Below, piece by piece: positions 8,691 through 18,033 of a stretch of 64,000 nt of DNA; the stretch's first letter is position 1, and every line of letters begins with the position of its first letter. Location: positions 160,001 through 224,000 of the forward strand of contig JAVJQW010000007.1 of NCBI GenBank assembly GCA_040218735.1, in the 5' to 3' direction. Under the pieces are notes generated by a model that saw only the letters and a program-made list of their open reading frames with translations, made no database searches and was not told where the DNA came from. The DNA is from Deltaproteobacteria bacterium (GTDB taxonomy: Bacteria > Myxococcota > Kuafuiibacteriia > Kuafuiibacteriales > Kuafuiibacteriaceae). Both the position numbers and the translations under genes were made by a program.

Positions 8691-9689
8691 ATGGCGGTAC
8701 GTACGAAGATTCTCGGAACCGGTCACTACGTCCCCGAGCGGGTGGTCACGAACCACGAGCTCGAGAAGCTAATGGATACGAGTGACGAGTGGATCCAGCA
8801 GCGCACGGGTATCAAAGAGCGACGCTGGATCGCCGAGGAGTGCGGGGCCTCCGACCTCGCGAAGCCGGCCTCCGAGAAGGCGCTCGAGATGGCGGGCCTC
8901 GAGGCCAAGGACATCGACGCGATCATCTTCGCGACGCTCTCCCCCGACTACAACTTCCCCGGCTCCGGCTGCCTGATGACCGACCTGCTCGGCATCCCCG
9001 GCACGCCCGCGCTCGACATCCGGAACCAGTGCAGCGGCCTGGTGTACGGCCTCCAGGTCGCGGACGCGTGGATTCGCTCCGGGATGTACAAAAACGTCCT
9101 CTTCATCGGGTCCGAGGTGCACTCGACGGGCCTCGACCTCACGACGCGCGGCCGCGACGTCTCGGTGATCTTCGGTGACGGCGCCGGCGCGATCCTGATG
9201 GGGCCGACCGACGACGAAAACGAAGGCATCCTCGCCACCCACGCTGGCGCCGACGGCGCCTACGCGCGGGAGCTCTGGGTCGAGATGCCGGCGTCGCGCT
9301 ACATGCCGCGCCTCACCCCGGAGGGCATGGACGAGGGCCGCCACTACCCGAGCATGAACGGCCGCGAGGTCTTCAAACACGCCGTCCGCAAGCTGCCGGA
9401 GGCGGTGGTCGTCGCGCTGAAGGAAGCGGGTTACGGCCCGGCGGACCTCGACCTGTTCATCCCGCACCAGGCCAACCTCCGCATCGCCGAGGCCTGCCAG
9501 AAGGCGCTCCAGCTGCCGGACGACAAGGTCTACAACAACATCCAGCGCTACGGGAACACGACCGCCGCGTCGATCCCGATCGCGCTCGACGAGTGCATCC
9601 GCGACGGCAAGCTCTCCCGCGGTCAGCTCCTCGCGGTCGGCGCCTTCGGCGCCGGCTTCACGTGGGGCAGCGCGGTCATCCGCTTCTAG
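8691..9689 (+). CDS. fabH: Beta-ketoacyl-ACP synthase III
   Basis: 'DTSDEWIQQRTGIKERR', catalytic 'NQCSG', 'FGDGAGA', 'PHQANLRI', 'GNTTAASIP', 'FGAGFTWG'. Confidence 0.92.
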   Translation: MAVRTKILGTGHYVPERVVTNHELEKLMDTSDEWIQQRTGIKERRWIAEECGASDLAKPASEKALEMAGLEAKDIDAIIFATLSPDYNFPGSGCLMTDLLGIPGTPALDIRNQCSGLVYGLQVADAWIRSGMYKNVLFIGSEVHSTGLDLTTRGRDVSVIFGDGAGAILMGPTDDENEGILATHAGADGAYARELWVEMPASRYMPRLTPEGMDEGRHYPSMNGREVFKHAVRKLPEAVVVALKEAGYGPADLDLFIPHQANLRIAEACQKALQLPDDKVYNNIQRYGNTTAASIPIALDECIRDGKLSRGQLLAVGAFGAGFTWGSAVIRF

Positions 9690-9692
9690 CGC

Positions 9693-12605
9693 CTACAAGT
9701 TCAACAACAACCAGCTGAACACGGTCTCGATGTCGGGCTGGCCGTTGTTGTGGAAGTCCGTGTGGAACACGCGGCCCGCGGTGGGGGTCGGGGAGAAACC
9801 GATCATCAGCGGGTTCGGCGGGTCGGGCGGGAAGCGCTGCGCTTCGAGGTAGACGGTCGTGCCCGGTCCGGCGGACGTCGTCGCAACACAGCATGCGTTC
9901 ATCGTGATCTGCGTCTGTCCGTTCAGCGCGGCGACGAGGCTCGGTTCGAGGACGTCGACCAGGCCGCTGTAGCTGCCTCCGCTCTGCGCGGAGTTCAGCA
10001 CGTTGTCGTCGCCGTGGAAGTCGACGGCGTTCGGCCAGAGCACCTCGACGATGTCGTACGCCCAATCCGACGTGTACAGCGAACCGCCGTTGCTCACGTA
10101 GGCCGTCAGGTTCGCGCGGCTCGTCGGTCCGAGGCCGACCGCCTCGTTCCAGCCGCAGTTGATGAACACGATGTCGTAGGTGCCGAGGAGGGTCGGGTTC
10201 AGCACGAGAGCGTCCGGCGTGGTGTAGAAGTCGTACGGGATGCCCTTCGCGGCGAGGACCGCTTCGATGTTGTCGAACGACCCGAAGATGACCGCGACGT
10301 TGGCGCTCGTCGGATCGAGGCACTGCTGCCCCGGGATGACCGTCGTCGTGTACGCCGTGACGGTGGCGACGGACGAGTTGCTCCACTGGCCGCTCTCGGC
10401 GGTGACGTCGTAGGTTCCGGCCGGGACACACGTCAGCACGTAGTCACCGTTGGCGTTGGTGGTCGTCGAGATGCGGCCGTTGGGGGTGTCGACGTAGACG
10501 GTGGCGCCGACGACGGGGCCGGCCATGTCGAGGTCGCAGATGCGGCCTTGGATGTCGCCGCACGGCACGGTCGAGGTGTGGGCGATGAGGTCGATGTCCT
10601 GGATAGGCGCGACCACGTCGTTGCTGGTGATCTGGAGCGTGCCGTCGTCGCGACCGTCGTTGGTCCCCGCGTAGCGCAACTCGAGTTGCGCCGTGGCGCC
10701 CGCCTGAATCGTGAGCGGGAGCGGCGGCGCCGTGTAGATCGACATCTCCGACGTCGTCGGAGCCGGGAGCGACAGGCTCGACACGACCACGTCCTGCGAG
10801 CCACACGCCGCGAGCGTCACGGCGCGGGGTGTGACGGAGTTGGCCGGCCGTGTACCGAACACCACGGGGTTCGGCGTCACACAGAGCAACGTCCCATCGC
10901 CGGTCCCGGTGAGGGGCACGTTGATCGGGTTCGCGCCGCTGATGATGATGCTCCCGAACCTTGCGCCTGCGGCGGACGGCGTGAACGTCACCGAGATCGA
11001 CTGCTGCCCGCCCGGCGGGATCCACGCGGTCGGCGGGCCGGCCAACGCGAAGTCGGCGCCGCTACCGGGCGAGAGCGCGAGCGTCACGGTGTTGCAGGCT
11101 TCCGTGCCGATGTTGGAGATCTGCAACCCCAACGTGCTCGGCACGCCGATCGCGATGGCGCCGAAGCTCAACGAAACGGGCGCGACCGCCAGGTAACAAC
11201 CCACCGCCATGTCGCTGACACCCGCGAGCTGGACGGTCACCGTCTGCCCGAGCGCGTCGGTGATCAGGAACTCGCCGCTGTCCACGCCGAGCTCGGTGGG
11301 GGTGTAGGTCAGCTCGATGGTCTCGGTGAGCCCCGGGCCGATGGTGGTCGGTACCGTCGGGAGCACGGAGGCGCCGAACTCTGCGGTGGTCGACGGCGAG
11401 AACGCGAAGTCGGTGATCTCACACGCGTGCGCGCCGACGTTCGAGATCACGAGCGAGCGCGCCATGATCTCACCCAGCCGCGTCGACCCGAAGTCGATCA
11501 TCGGTGGGAGCGCCGCGAGCTGACACGACTCCGCGCGGGCGATGAGTGTCACCGCGGTCTCGGGAGCGTTGGACACGATGCGGAGGAGCGCTTCGTCGTC
11601 GACGACGTCGGTAGGCGTGTAGCGGAGCGTGATGGTCTCGCGTGCGCCGGGCTCCATGGTGAGCGGGAGCGTCGGTGAAACCTCGAGCGTGAGCTCACTC
11701 GTGCCCTCGATCGTCAGCGCGTCGACCACGACCGGCGCGCCCGCGCAGTTCTCGAACGTGAGCTCGCGCTCCACGTACATCCCGAGCTCGACGGCTCCGA
11801 AGTCGACCGACTCGACCTCGGCGCAGAGCCGGCGCTCCACGCCGGTGCCGCGCAAGCGAACTTGCGCGAAGGGTTCGTCGGCGTCGTTCGTCTCGACGAC
11901 CAGCTGCGCGCGCTCGAAACCCGTCTCGGTCGGATCGAAGCGCACCGTCACCGTCGCGCGCTCTCCGGAGGGGAGCGTGGTCTGGACGCGGGAGGGAGTA
12001 GGGACGAAGAACGGGTGGCTGGAGCGACTCATCGAGGCGTCGACCACGAGCGGCTCCGTTCCCACGCTCTCGATGGTCACCAGCGCGTCGACGGGTTCGC
12101 CGAGGACGACGTCGCCGAGCTGGGCGATCGCTTCGTAGTCACAGATCCGACTCAGACCGACGTCTTCACTCTCCACGCACAACGAGAGGCGAGGGCCCGC
12201 CGCCGGGAGCGCTTCGGCGGTGATCGGGACGGTGACCTCCGGCTCGTCCGGGTCGTCGGAAACAAACGTCACGGCGCCGGTCGCTTCGCCGAGTGAAGTC
12301 ACGACGAAACCCACGTCGAATTCGAACGCGTCGCCCGCCGCGACTTCGAATGGCTCGGTGTCGAACGTGATCGCAGGGTGGGTATCTTCCGCGCGACGCA
12401 CCTCGGTCACGCGCAGGACGACGCCCCCGCGGTTGGCGACACGAATCGTCTCTTCGCCGAAGTCACCACGCCGCACGCCCCCGAAGTCGAGCGAAGCAGG
12501 ATCGACTTCGATGTCGGGGTGGACGTTGGTCAGCTGTCCGCCGTCGCCACAGTCACAGCCGTAGAGCAGGAGCAGGAGGAGGCTGAAACGTATTCGGCGA
12601 AGCAC
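9693..12605 (-). CDS. Large lipoprotein with about 6 Ig-like (ASPM-SPD-2-Hydin/choice-of-anchor D type) repeats, a carboxypeptidase-regulatory-like domain and a C-terminal alpha/beta domain
   Basis: Lipobox 'LLLYGC'; repeats of 'P..lDFG.V..G......i.i.N.G...l.v' ending 'v.F.P...G...a.l.i.snD'; C-terminal 'YDIVFINCG...GGSLYTSDWAY'. Confidence 0.75.
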   Translation of the reverse strand: MLRRIRFSLLLLLLYGCDCGDGGQLTNVHPDIEVDPASLDFGGVRRGDFGEETIRVANRGGVVLRVTEVRRAEDTHPAITFDTEPFEVAAGDAFEFDVGFVVTSLGEATGAVTFVSDDPDEPEVTVPITAEALPAAGPRLSLCVESEDVGLSRICDYEAIAQLGDVVLGEPVDALVTIESVGTEPLVVDASMSRSSHPFFVPTPSRVQTTLPSGERATVTVRFDPTETGFERAQLVVETNDADEPFAQVRLRGTGVERRLCAEVESVDFGAVELGMYVERELTFENCAGAPVVVDALTIEGTSELTLEVSPTLPLTMEPGARETITLRYTPTDVVDDEALLRIVSNAPETAVTLIARAESCQLAALPPMIDFGSTRLGEIMARSLVISNVGAHACEITDFAFSPSTTAEFGASVLPTVPTTIGPGLTETIELTYTPTELGVDSGEFLITDALGQTVTVQLAGVSDMAVGCYLAVAPVSLSFGAIAIGVPSTLGLQISNIGTEACNTVTLALSPGSGADFALAGPPTAWIPPGGQQSISVTFTPSAAGARFGSIIISGANPINVPLTGTGDGTLLCVTPNPVVFGTRPANSVTPRAVTLAACGSQDVVVSSLSLPAPTTSEMSIYTAPPLPLTIQAGATAQLELRYAGTNDGRDDGTLQITSNDVVAPIQDIDLIAHTSTVPCGDIQGRICDLDMAGPVVGATVYVDTPNGRISTTTNANGDYVLTCVPAGTYDVTAESGQWSNSSVATVTAYTTTVIPGQQCLDPTSANVAVIFGSFDNIEAVLAAKGIPYDFYTTPDALVLNPTLLGTYDIVFINCGWNEAVGLGPTSRANLTAYVSNGGSLYTSDWAYDIVEVLWPNAVDFHGDDNVLNSAQSGGSYSGLVDVLEPSLVAALNGQTQITMNACCVATTSAGPGTTVYLEAQRFPPDPPNPLMIGFSPTPTAGRVFHTDFHNNGQPDIETVFSWLLLNL

Positions 12606-12653
12606 GCCGTATACTGTGCCCCGAAACTCATCACAGATTCAAAACGCGTGACG

Positions 12654-14543
12654 TCAGTAACACTGCGAGAAGTCGAGGCTGCAGCCCGACGTGCACGTCA
12701 GGCGGCCGGCCGTGAAGCCCCAGTCGCTGCATGCATCGAGGTTGCCTGCGAAATTCGTCCCGTCGCAGACCTCGATCGTGAGCCCGTTCGGGTCCGTGTC
12801 GAGCGTGCCGTTGCCACAACCGCAGTCCGGGTCGTGCGTGAAGCCGGCGCGCACACACGTGTACTCACCCGCGAGCCAGTAGTCGCGACACGCGCCGTCG
12901 GCGCCGCAGCCGCTGGAGCAGTCGGTGTCGAGGTTGGCGACCGGCGTGTACAGCTCGCAGTCGTCGCAGACCCCGTCGCCGTACCAGCTGTTGAAGTTGC
13001 AGACGTCCGTCTGCGTGTTGCACGTCTGGAACTGGAGCCCGCACGACGCCGTGCACGCGACGTTGCCGCCGCCGGGCATGCCGTAGGCGTCGCACGTCGT
13101 GGGCGCGAACGACGCGAACATGAGCTGGTCGCAGGGCTCCGCGCCCTGCACCGCGCCGTTGCCGCAGCGATCCTGCGTACCGGAGCACTGCGAGAAGTCG
13201 AAGAGGCAACCGCTGCACCCGAGCGTGCCGCCCGAGAAACCCATCGACGTGCACGACTGACCGGCGAGCGCCGTCCCGTCGCAGACCTCGCCGGTCTCGA
13301 TGATGTTGTTGCCGCAGCCGGGCATCGGACACATCGACGTGTCGTACTGGCACGTCATCGAGTCACACGCGAGCTTCCCCTCCAGGAATCCGAGCGAGAC
13401 ACACGAAGCACCGTTGAGGTTCGCGCCCTCGCACTGCTCGGACGCCTCGATGATGTCGTTGCCGCAGCCGGCCGGGATGCACGCGGTCGTGTCGTACGTG
13501 CAGCTCGACGACGAGCACGACAAGGTGCCTTGCAGGAAGCCGAGCGACTCACACGTCGCGCCGTCGAGGTTCATGCCTTCGCAGTCCTCGAGCGGCTCTT
13601 CGATGATGCCGTTGCCGCAACCGGGGCTCACACACGCCGACGAGTCGATCGTGCACGCGCCCGTGCAGGACACGGTGCCGCCCGCGAAGCCGAGGTCCTC
13701 GCAGGTCGTGATGCCGTCCTGGCCGTCGCACTCCTCGGACAGGTCGGTCTCCTGGATGCCATTGCCGCAGCCGGGGGTGATGCACGCGGACTCGTCGAAC
13801 GTGCAGGCGTTGCAACCGAGCGTGCCGCCCGCGAAGCCGCGCGACTCACAGGTGGCGCCGTTGAGGTTGGCGGCGTCGCACATCTCGGTGCCCTCGACGT
13901 TGCCGTCGCCGCACACCGAGTGTCGGCACGCGCTGAAGTTGGGCGTGCAATCTGGCTTGCAAGCGATCTCTCCGCCCGGGAGGTAGCCCCAGTCGTCGCA
14001 GCGGAAACGATCCGGCGGGATGGCTTGTGAGTCGCAGATCTCGTTGCCCTCGATGATGCCGTTGCCGCACATGCCGCAGTCGGGGTCGGGCGTGTTGAGG
14101 CGCCGGCAGGTCCACTCGCCGATCAGCGGCTCGAAGCGGTCGGCGCAGACGCCGTCCATCCCGCAAGCCGTCGCGCACTCCGGATCCATCACGCCGCCGA
14201 GGCGCTCGCAGGGATCACACTGGCCGTTCGCGTACAGGCCGTTGGCCGTGCAGTAGTCGGTGAGCGAGCAACCCTGAAACGTGATCTGGCAGGACGCCGA
14301 GCAGCTCACCTGGCCGTCGCCGAGGTTGTACCCCGAGCAGTCCGCGCCGTTGAGGAACGCGTTGCCGTCGCACGCCTCGGTGCCGTTGATGACACCGTTG
14401 CCGCACGGGCCGCGATCGATGACGCCGCCGCCGCCGTCGCGGGTTCCACCGGGGGGCGTGACGGTGCTGCCGCCGATGTCGCGGTCGCTGGGACAGGCGT
14501 ACAGGACGGGGAGACAGAGCAGGGCAAGCAGAGGGCGCTTCAT
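12654..14543 (-). CDS. Myxobacterial Cys-rich repeat lipoprotein
   Basis: Start 'MKRPLLALLCLPVLYAC' at ATG 14543; about 8 copies of 'CGNG..E..E.CDG....G.tC...GF.GG.l.C...C..D.S.C'. Confidence 0.85.
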   Translation of the reverse strand: MKRPLLALLCLPVLYACPSDRDIGGSTVTPPGGTRDGGGGVIDRGPCGNGVINGTEACDGNAFLNGADCSGYNLGDGQVSCSASCQITFQGCSLTDYCTANGLYANGQCDPCERLGGVMDPECATACGMDGVCADRFEPLIGEWTCRRLNTPDPDCGMCGNGIIEGNEICDSQAIPPDRFRCDDWGYLPGGEIACKPDCTPNFSACRHSVCGDGNVEGTEMCDAANLNGATCESRGFAGGTLGCNACTFDESACITPGCGNGIQETDLSEECDGQDGITTCEDLGFAGGTVSCTGACTIDSSACVSPGCGNGIIEEPLEDCEGMNLDGATCESLGFLQGTLSCSSSSCTYDTTACIPAGCGNDIIEASEQCEGANLNGASCVSLGFLEGKLACDSMTCQYDTSMCPMPGCGNNIIETGEVCDGTALAGQSCTSMGFSGGTLGCSGCLFDFSQCSGTQDRCGNGAVQGAEPCDQLMFASFAPTTCDAYGMPGGGNVACTASCGLQFQTCNTQTDVCNFNSWYGDGVCDDCELYTPVANLDTDCSSGCGADGACRDYWLAGEYTCVRAGFTHDPDCGCGNGTLDTDPNGLTIEVCDGTNFAGNLDACSDWGFTAGRLTCTSGCSLDFSQCY

Positions 14544-14578
14544 CGACGCCTTGCTACGCCTGAACAGTCCCGATCTTC

Positions 14579-17098
14579 CTAGCTCGTCTGGAACGCACGC
14601 GTACGAAGCTGCTGCGTAGGGTTCGCGATCTGCTGCTCGAGGTCCGCGATCGCGGCGTCCGTCTGGGCGATCTCCCCGTTCAGCTTCTCGATCGCGGCCG
14701 GCAGCGCCGCGTGCTGCTGCGCCGCGCGAGCTTCCAGGCGTTGCAGCGATTCGCTGAACAGCTCGATGAAGTCCGCGGTGTTCCGCACGCTCCCTTCGGC
14801 GTGTCGATACGCGCGCGGAGGCTCCCCTTCCAGCGGGTGCACGTCCGCGAGGTACGTGTAGAAGCGAGGCGTCTGTCCCAACGTGTCGAAGCGCTCTCGT
14901 GCGGTGTCGATCGCGCCTTGGAGCTTGCGAGCCGCATCGGTGTGCGCCCGCGTCACGTCGAGGAGCTCCCGCCGGTACCCCGCGACGATGTCGCCGCCGA
15001 GGTGCTGCGTGTCCTCCACGATCTTCGTCAGCCGCGCCTTGTCGCGGTCGAGCGGGAGGAACGACTCGTAGGCGCTCGCGAGGTCGGCCTCGATCCCCGG
15101 CCACGCGTCGTCCGCGGGGAACGGCTCCACGACGCGCATCGCGAAGTGTTTCTCGCGGAGGTCGAGCTTCGCCCACGTCTGATCGAGCGCGGTGCGCAGC
15201 CCGGCGAGCCGGGTCTTCGCCTCGGCGTGGTCGGTCTTCGCCTGCGCGAGCTCCTCGCGTCGCACCTCGCGCGCCGGGCGACCGTTGAGGTACGTCCCGG
15301 TCCGGATCTCGTCCGGGTTCGCGCGGAGGTGTTCGAGCTCGGCGAGGCGCTCCTGCTGGAACGCGCGGTAGCTCTGTTTGTTCTCGAGCGACGACCGATC
15401 CGAGGCGACCTCCGCCGCCGTCATGTCGTAGGCGATCGTCTCGGGCGTCGGCGTGAGGAGCACGTGCTGCCCGGAGTCGAGCATGATCGAAAACGGCGCC
15501 GCTAGCTGATCGAACACCGACGGCACGACGTCCGCCTCGAGGATCAACGTCGCCTCGCCGTTCACCTGCTCTACCGAGAACGTGACGTTGTCGTCGGACC
15601 GCTCTCGAACGAACGGGCGCCCGAGGCTGATCGTGTCGATCGCGTCCGCGAACCGGCGGTCGCCGAGCGGCCGTGTGTCGAGGTCGTCCATCCCGATCGT
15701 GTACCGAACCTTCGCCGAGCGCAGGTCCCCCGACACCTTCATCTCGAGCGGCGCACGCAGCGTGACGTTCATGCGCGGCATCGCCACCGTGCCGTGGCGC
15801 GGGGTCGCGAGGGTCTCGATGGCGTCGACGAGGTGCTGCTGGTCCGTGGGGCTCAGCTGATGCACGTGGTTCGAGCTGTCGATCGAACGCATCTCGGCGC
15901 CGATACTTTGGGCGAACGCCTTCGCCGCCGCCGGATCCGCGAGGGTGTCACGCTCCGCGTGCACGACGATCGAAGGCCCCATCTTGTGCGCGTTCTCGCG
16001 CGCGAGCTCGCGGATCATCGCGATGTCCGGGAGCGCGCGTGTCATCGTCGACAGCTGCGCGCGTGCGTCGGAGAGGACGGCGTTCTGCGCTCCGCGCTGC
16101 TCCGCCGTCTTGTCGTCCGTGAGATCCGGGAGCCCCGCGGACGGGACCTTCATGCGGTTCGCGACCGGCACGCGCGCCGCGAGGCCGACGACGTCGTTCA
16201 CGAAGTTCGGCGTCGCACCGAAGAAGGGATCGAAGAGCGCCATCGGCACGCCGGTCGGCGGCGCGGCACCGTCGAGCGCCATCGTCCCCGCGGCGATGTG
16301 CGCCGCGGCGCCCGCGGCACCCGGGCCGCCGCCCATACTGTTACCCGCGAGGATCACCGTGCCGTCTTCGCCATGCCGTTCGCGGGCGAGCTCGGCGGCC
16401 TTCGCCATCACCGACGCGACGTCGCGCGCGACGCCGTTGCCGCGGTCCATCCCGCCGGCGTTTTCGTCGGTCTCGCTCGACCACTGGTGATCCATGACCA
16501 GGACGTCGTGGCCGTTCGCGTTGACCTTGTCGATGACGTCGACGAAGTCGCGCCACGTCTCCTGGAACCCGGGCGACAACACGACCACGCGCCCCGACGG
16601 CGTGCCCTTCGCGGCCCACAGCTGGGTGAAGACGTCGCGCGCTTCGATCGACTGGTTCGCCACCGAGCCCGATGCACGCACGATGTGTTCGTTCACTTCG
16701 CTCGGCGCGCGGCCGAGCTGGGAGAGCACGATCGCCTTCTGCGCCGCGTACAGGTCCGGGTGGCGCAGCTGCCCCAGCACCTCGGCGGCCACCGTCGGCA
16801 CGCCCCACTTCGCCTCGGCCTCGGCGCGGAACTGCTCGAGCTCGCGAATCTCGTCCTTGGTGCGGAGCCCGACCTCGGCGGTCGCCTTCGCCCGGAGCGC
16901 GAGCGGCTGGCGCGCGAACAGGCCACCGACCTGACCGGCCATCTTGTCCTCGTTGCCCCACAGCCCGTCGCGGTTGCCGCGGACGTCCTTCAGCGCGAGG
17001 TAGGTGCCGCCCAGCGCGGAGCGGTTGCCCCAGCTGTCCGGCGTCTTGAAGCCGAGTCCGGTCGTCTTCGCCATGCGGCGCGGATTATCGGTGTTCAC
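14579..17098 (-). CDS. Alpha/beta hydrolase (lysophospholipase-like) fused to a long C-terminal helical/coiled-coil region
   Basis: 'VVVLSPGFQE', nucleophile elbow 'GNSMGG', 'HAERDTLADP', 'SSNH'. The last ~390 aa include heptad-like helical stretches. No signal peptide. Confidence 0.65.
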   Translation of the reverse strand: MNTDNPRRMAKTTGLGFKTPDSWGNRSALGGTYLALKDVRGNRDGLWGNEDKMAGQVGGLFARQPLALRAKATAEVGLRTKDEIRELEQFRAEAEAKWGVPTVAAEVLGQLRHPDLYAAQKAIVLSQLGRAPSEVNEHIVRASGSVANQSIEARDVFTQLWAAKGTPSGRVVVLSPGFQETWRDFVDVIDKVNANGHDVLVMDHQWSSETDENAGGMDRGNGVARDVASVMAKAAELARERHGEDGTVILAGNSMGGGPGAAGAAAHIAAGTMALDGAAPPTGVPMALFDPFFGATPNFVNDVVGLAARVPVANRMKVPSAGLPDLTDDKTAEQRGAQNAVLSDARAQLSTMTRALPDIAMIRELARENAHKMGPSIVVHAERDTLADPAAAKAFAQSIGAEMRSIDSSNHVHQLSPTDQQHLVDAIETLATPRHGTVAMPRMNVTLRAPLEMKVSGDLRSAKVRYTIGMDDLDTRPLGDRRFADAIDTISLGRPFVRERSDDNVTFSVEQVNGEATLILEADVVPSVFDQLAAPFSIMLDSGQHVLLTPTPETIAYDMTAAEVASDRSSLENKQSYRAFQQERLAELEHLRANPDEIRTGTYLNGRPAREVRREELAQAKTDHAEAKTRLAGLRTALDQTWAKLDLREKHFAMRVVEPFPADDAWPGIEADLASAYESFLPLDRDKARLTKIVEDTQHLGGDIVAGYRRELLDVTRAHTDAARKLQGAIDTARERFDTLGQTPRFYTYLADVHPLEGEPPRAYRHAEGSVRNTADFIELFSESLQRLEARAAQQHAALPAAIEKLNGEIAQTDAAIADLEQQIANPTQQLRTRAFQTS

Positions 17099-17130
17099 CC
17101 GACCTTTGTCGCGTCAGAATCCGCCGCGCG

Positions 17131-18030
17131 ATGACCGCCTTCGAAACGCTGACCTACGACGTCGCCGATCGCGTGTGCCGCATCACGCTGAACCGCCCCG
17201 AACGCGGCAACGGCCTCACGCCCACGCTGATCCGCGAGCTCGCCGAAGCCGTCGAACGCGCCGACCTCGACCCCGACGTGCACGTCGTGCAGCTCGCCGG
17301 GAACGGCAAAGGCTTCTGCGGCGGCTACGACCTCGTCGACTCCGCCGAGACGATGGGCAAGGCCGAGGGCTCGAACGTCCCGCTCGGCGCCCCGACCGAC
17401 CCCGCGACCATCGCCGCCAACCACGACCCGTCCCGCACGTGGGATCCGATGGTCGACTACGGGATGATGAGCCGGAACGTCCGCGCGTTCATGACGCTCT
17501 TCCACGCGACCACGCCGATCGTCTGCAAGGTGCACGGCTTCTGCGTCGCCGGCGGCACCGACCTCGCGCTCTGCAGCGACCTCCTCGTCATCGCCGACGA
17601 CGCGAAGATCGGCTACCCGCCGTCCCGGGTCTGGGGCTCGCCGACGACCGCGCTGTGGGCGGCGCGCCTCGGACCGCAACGCGCGAAGCGACTGCTCTTC
17701 ACGGGCGACTGTCTGTCGGGCGCCGAAGCGCTCGCGTGGGGCCTCGCGATCGAAGCGCCCCCGAAGGCCGAGCTCGACGCCTGCGCCGACGCGCTCACGT
17801 CGCGCATCGCGAAGATGCCGAAGAACCAACTGCAGATGATGAAGCTGCTCGTGAACACGCAAGTGCATGCGCAGTCGCTCGGCCCGACGCAGGTGCTGGG
17901 CACGATCCTCGACGGCGCGACCCGCCACACCCCGGAGGGGTACGCGTTTCAGCGGCGCGCCGCGGAGGTGGGGTTCAAGCAGGCGGTGCGGGAGCGCGAC
18001 GCGCCCTTCGATGACGAGGGCGCGTCGTAG
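17131..18030 (+). CDS. Enoyl-CoA hydratase/isomerase (crotonase) family protein
   Basis: 'ITLNRPERGN', 'FCGGYDL', 'KVHGFCVAGGTDLALCSD', 'AKRLLFTGD'. Confidence 0.9.
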   Translation: MTAFETLTYDVADRVCRITLNRPERGNGLTPTLIRELAEAVERADLDPDVHVVQLAGNGKGFCGGYDLVDSAETMGKAEGSNVPLGAPTDPATIAANHDPSRTWDPMVDYGMMSRNVRAFMTLFHATTPIVCKVHGFCVAGGTDLALCSDLLVIADDAKIGYPPSRVWGSPTTALWAARLGPQRAKRLLFTGDCLSGAEALAWGLAIEAPPKAELDACADALTSRIAKMPKNQLQMMKLLVNTQVHAQSLGPTQVLGTILDGATRHTPEGYAFQRRAAEVGFKQAVRERDAPFDDEGAS

Positions 18031-18033
18031 GCG

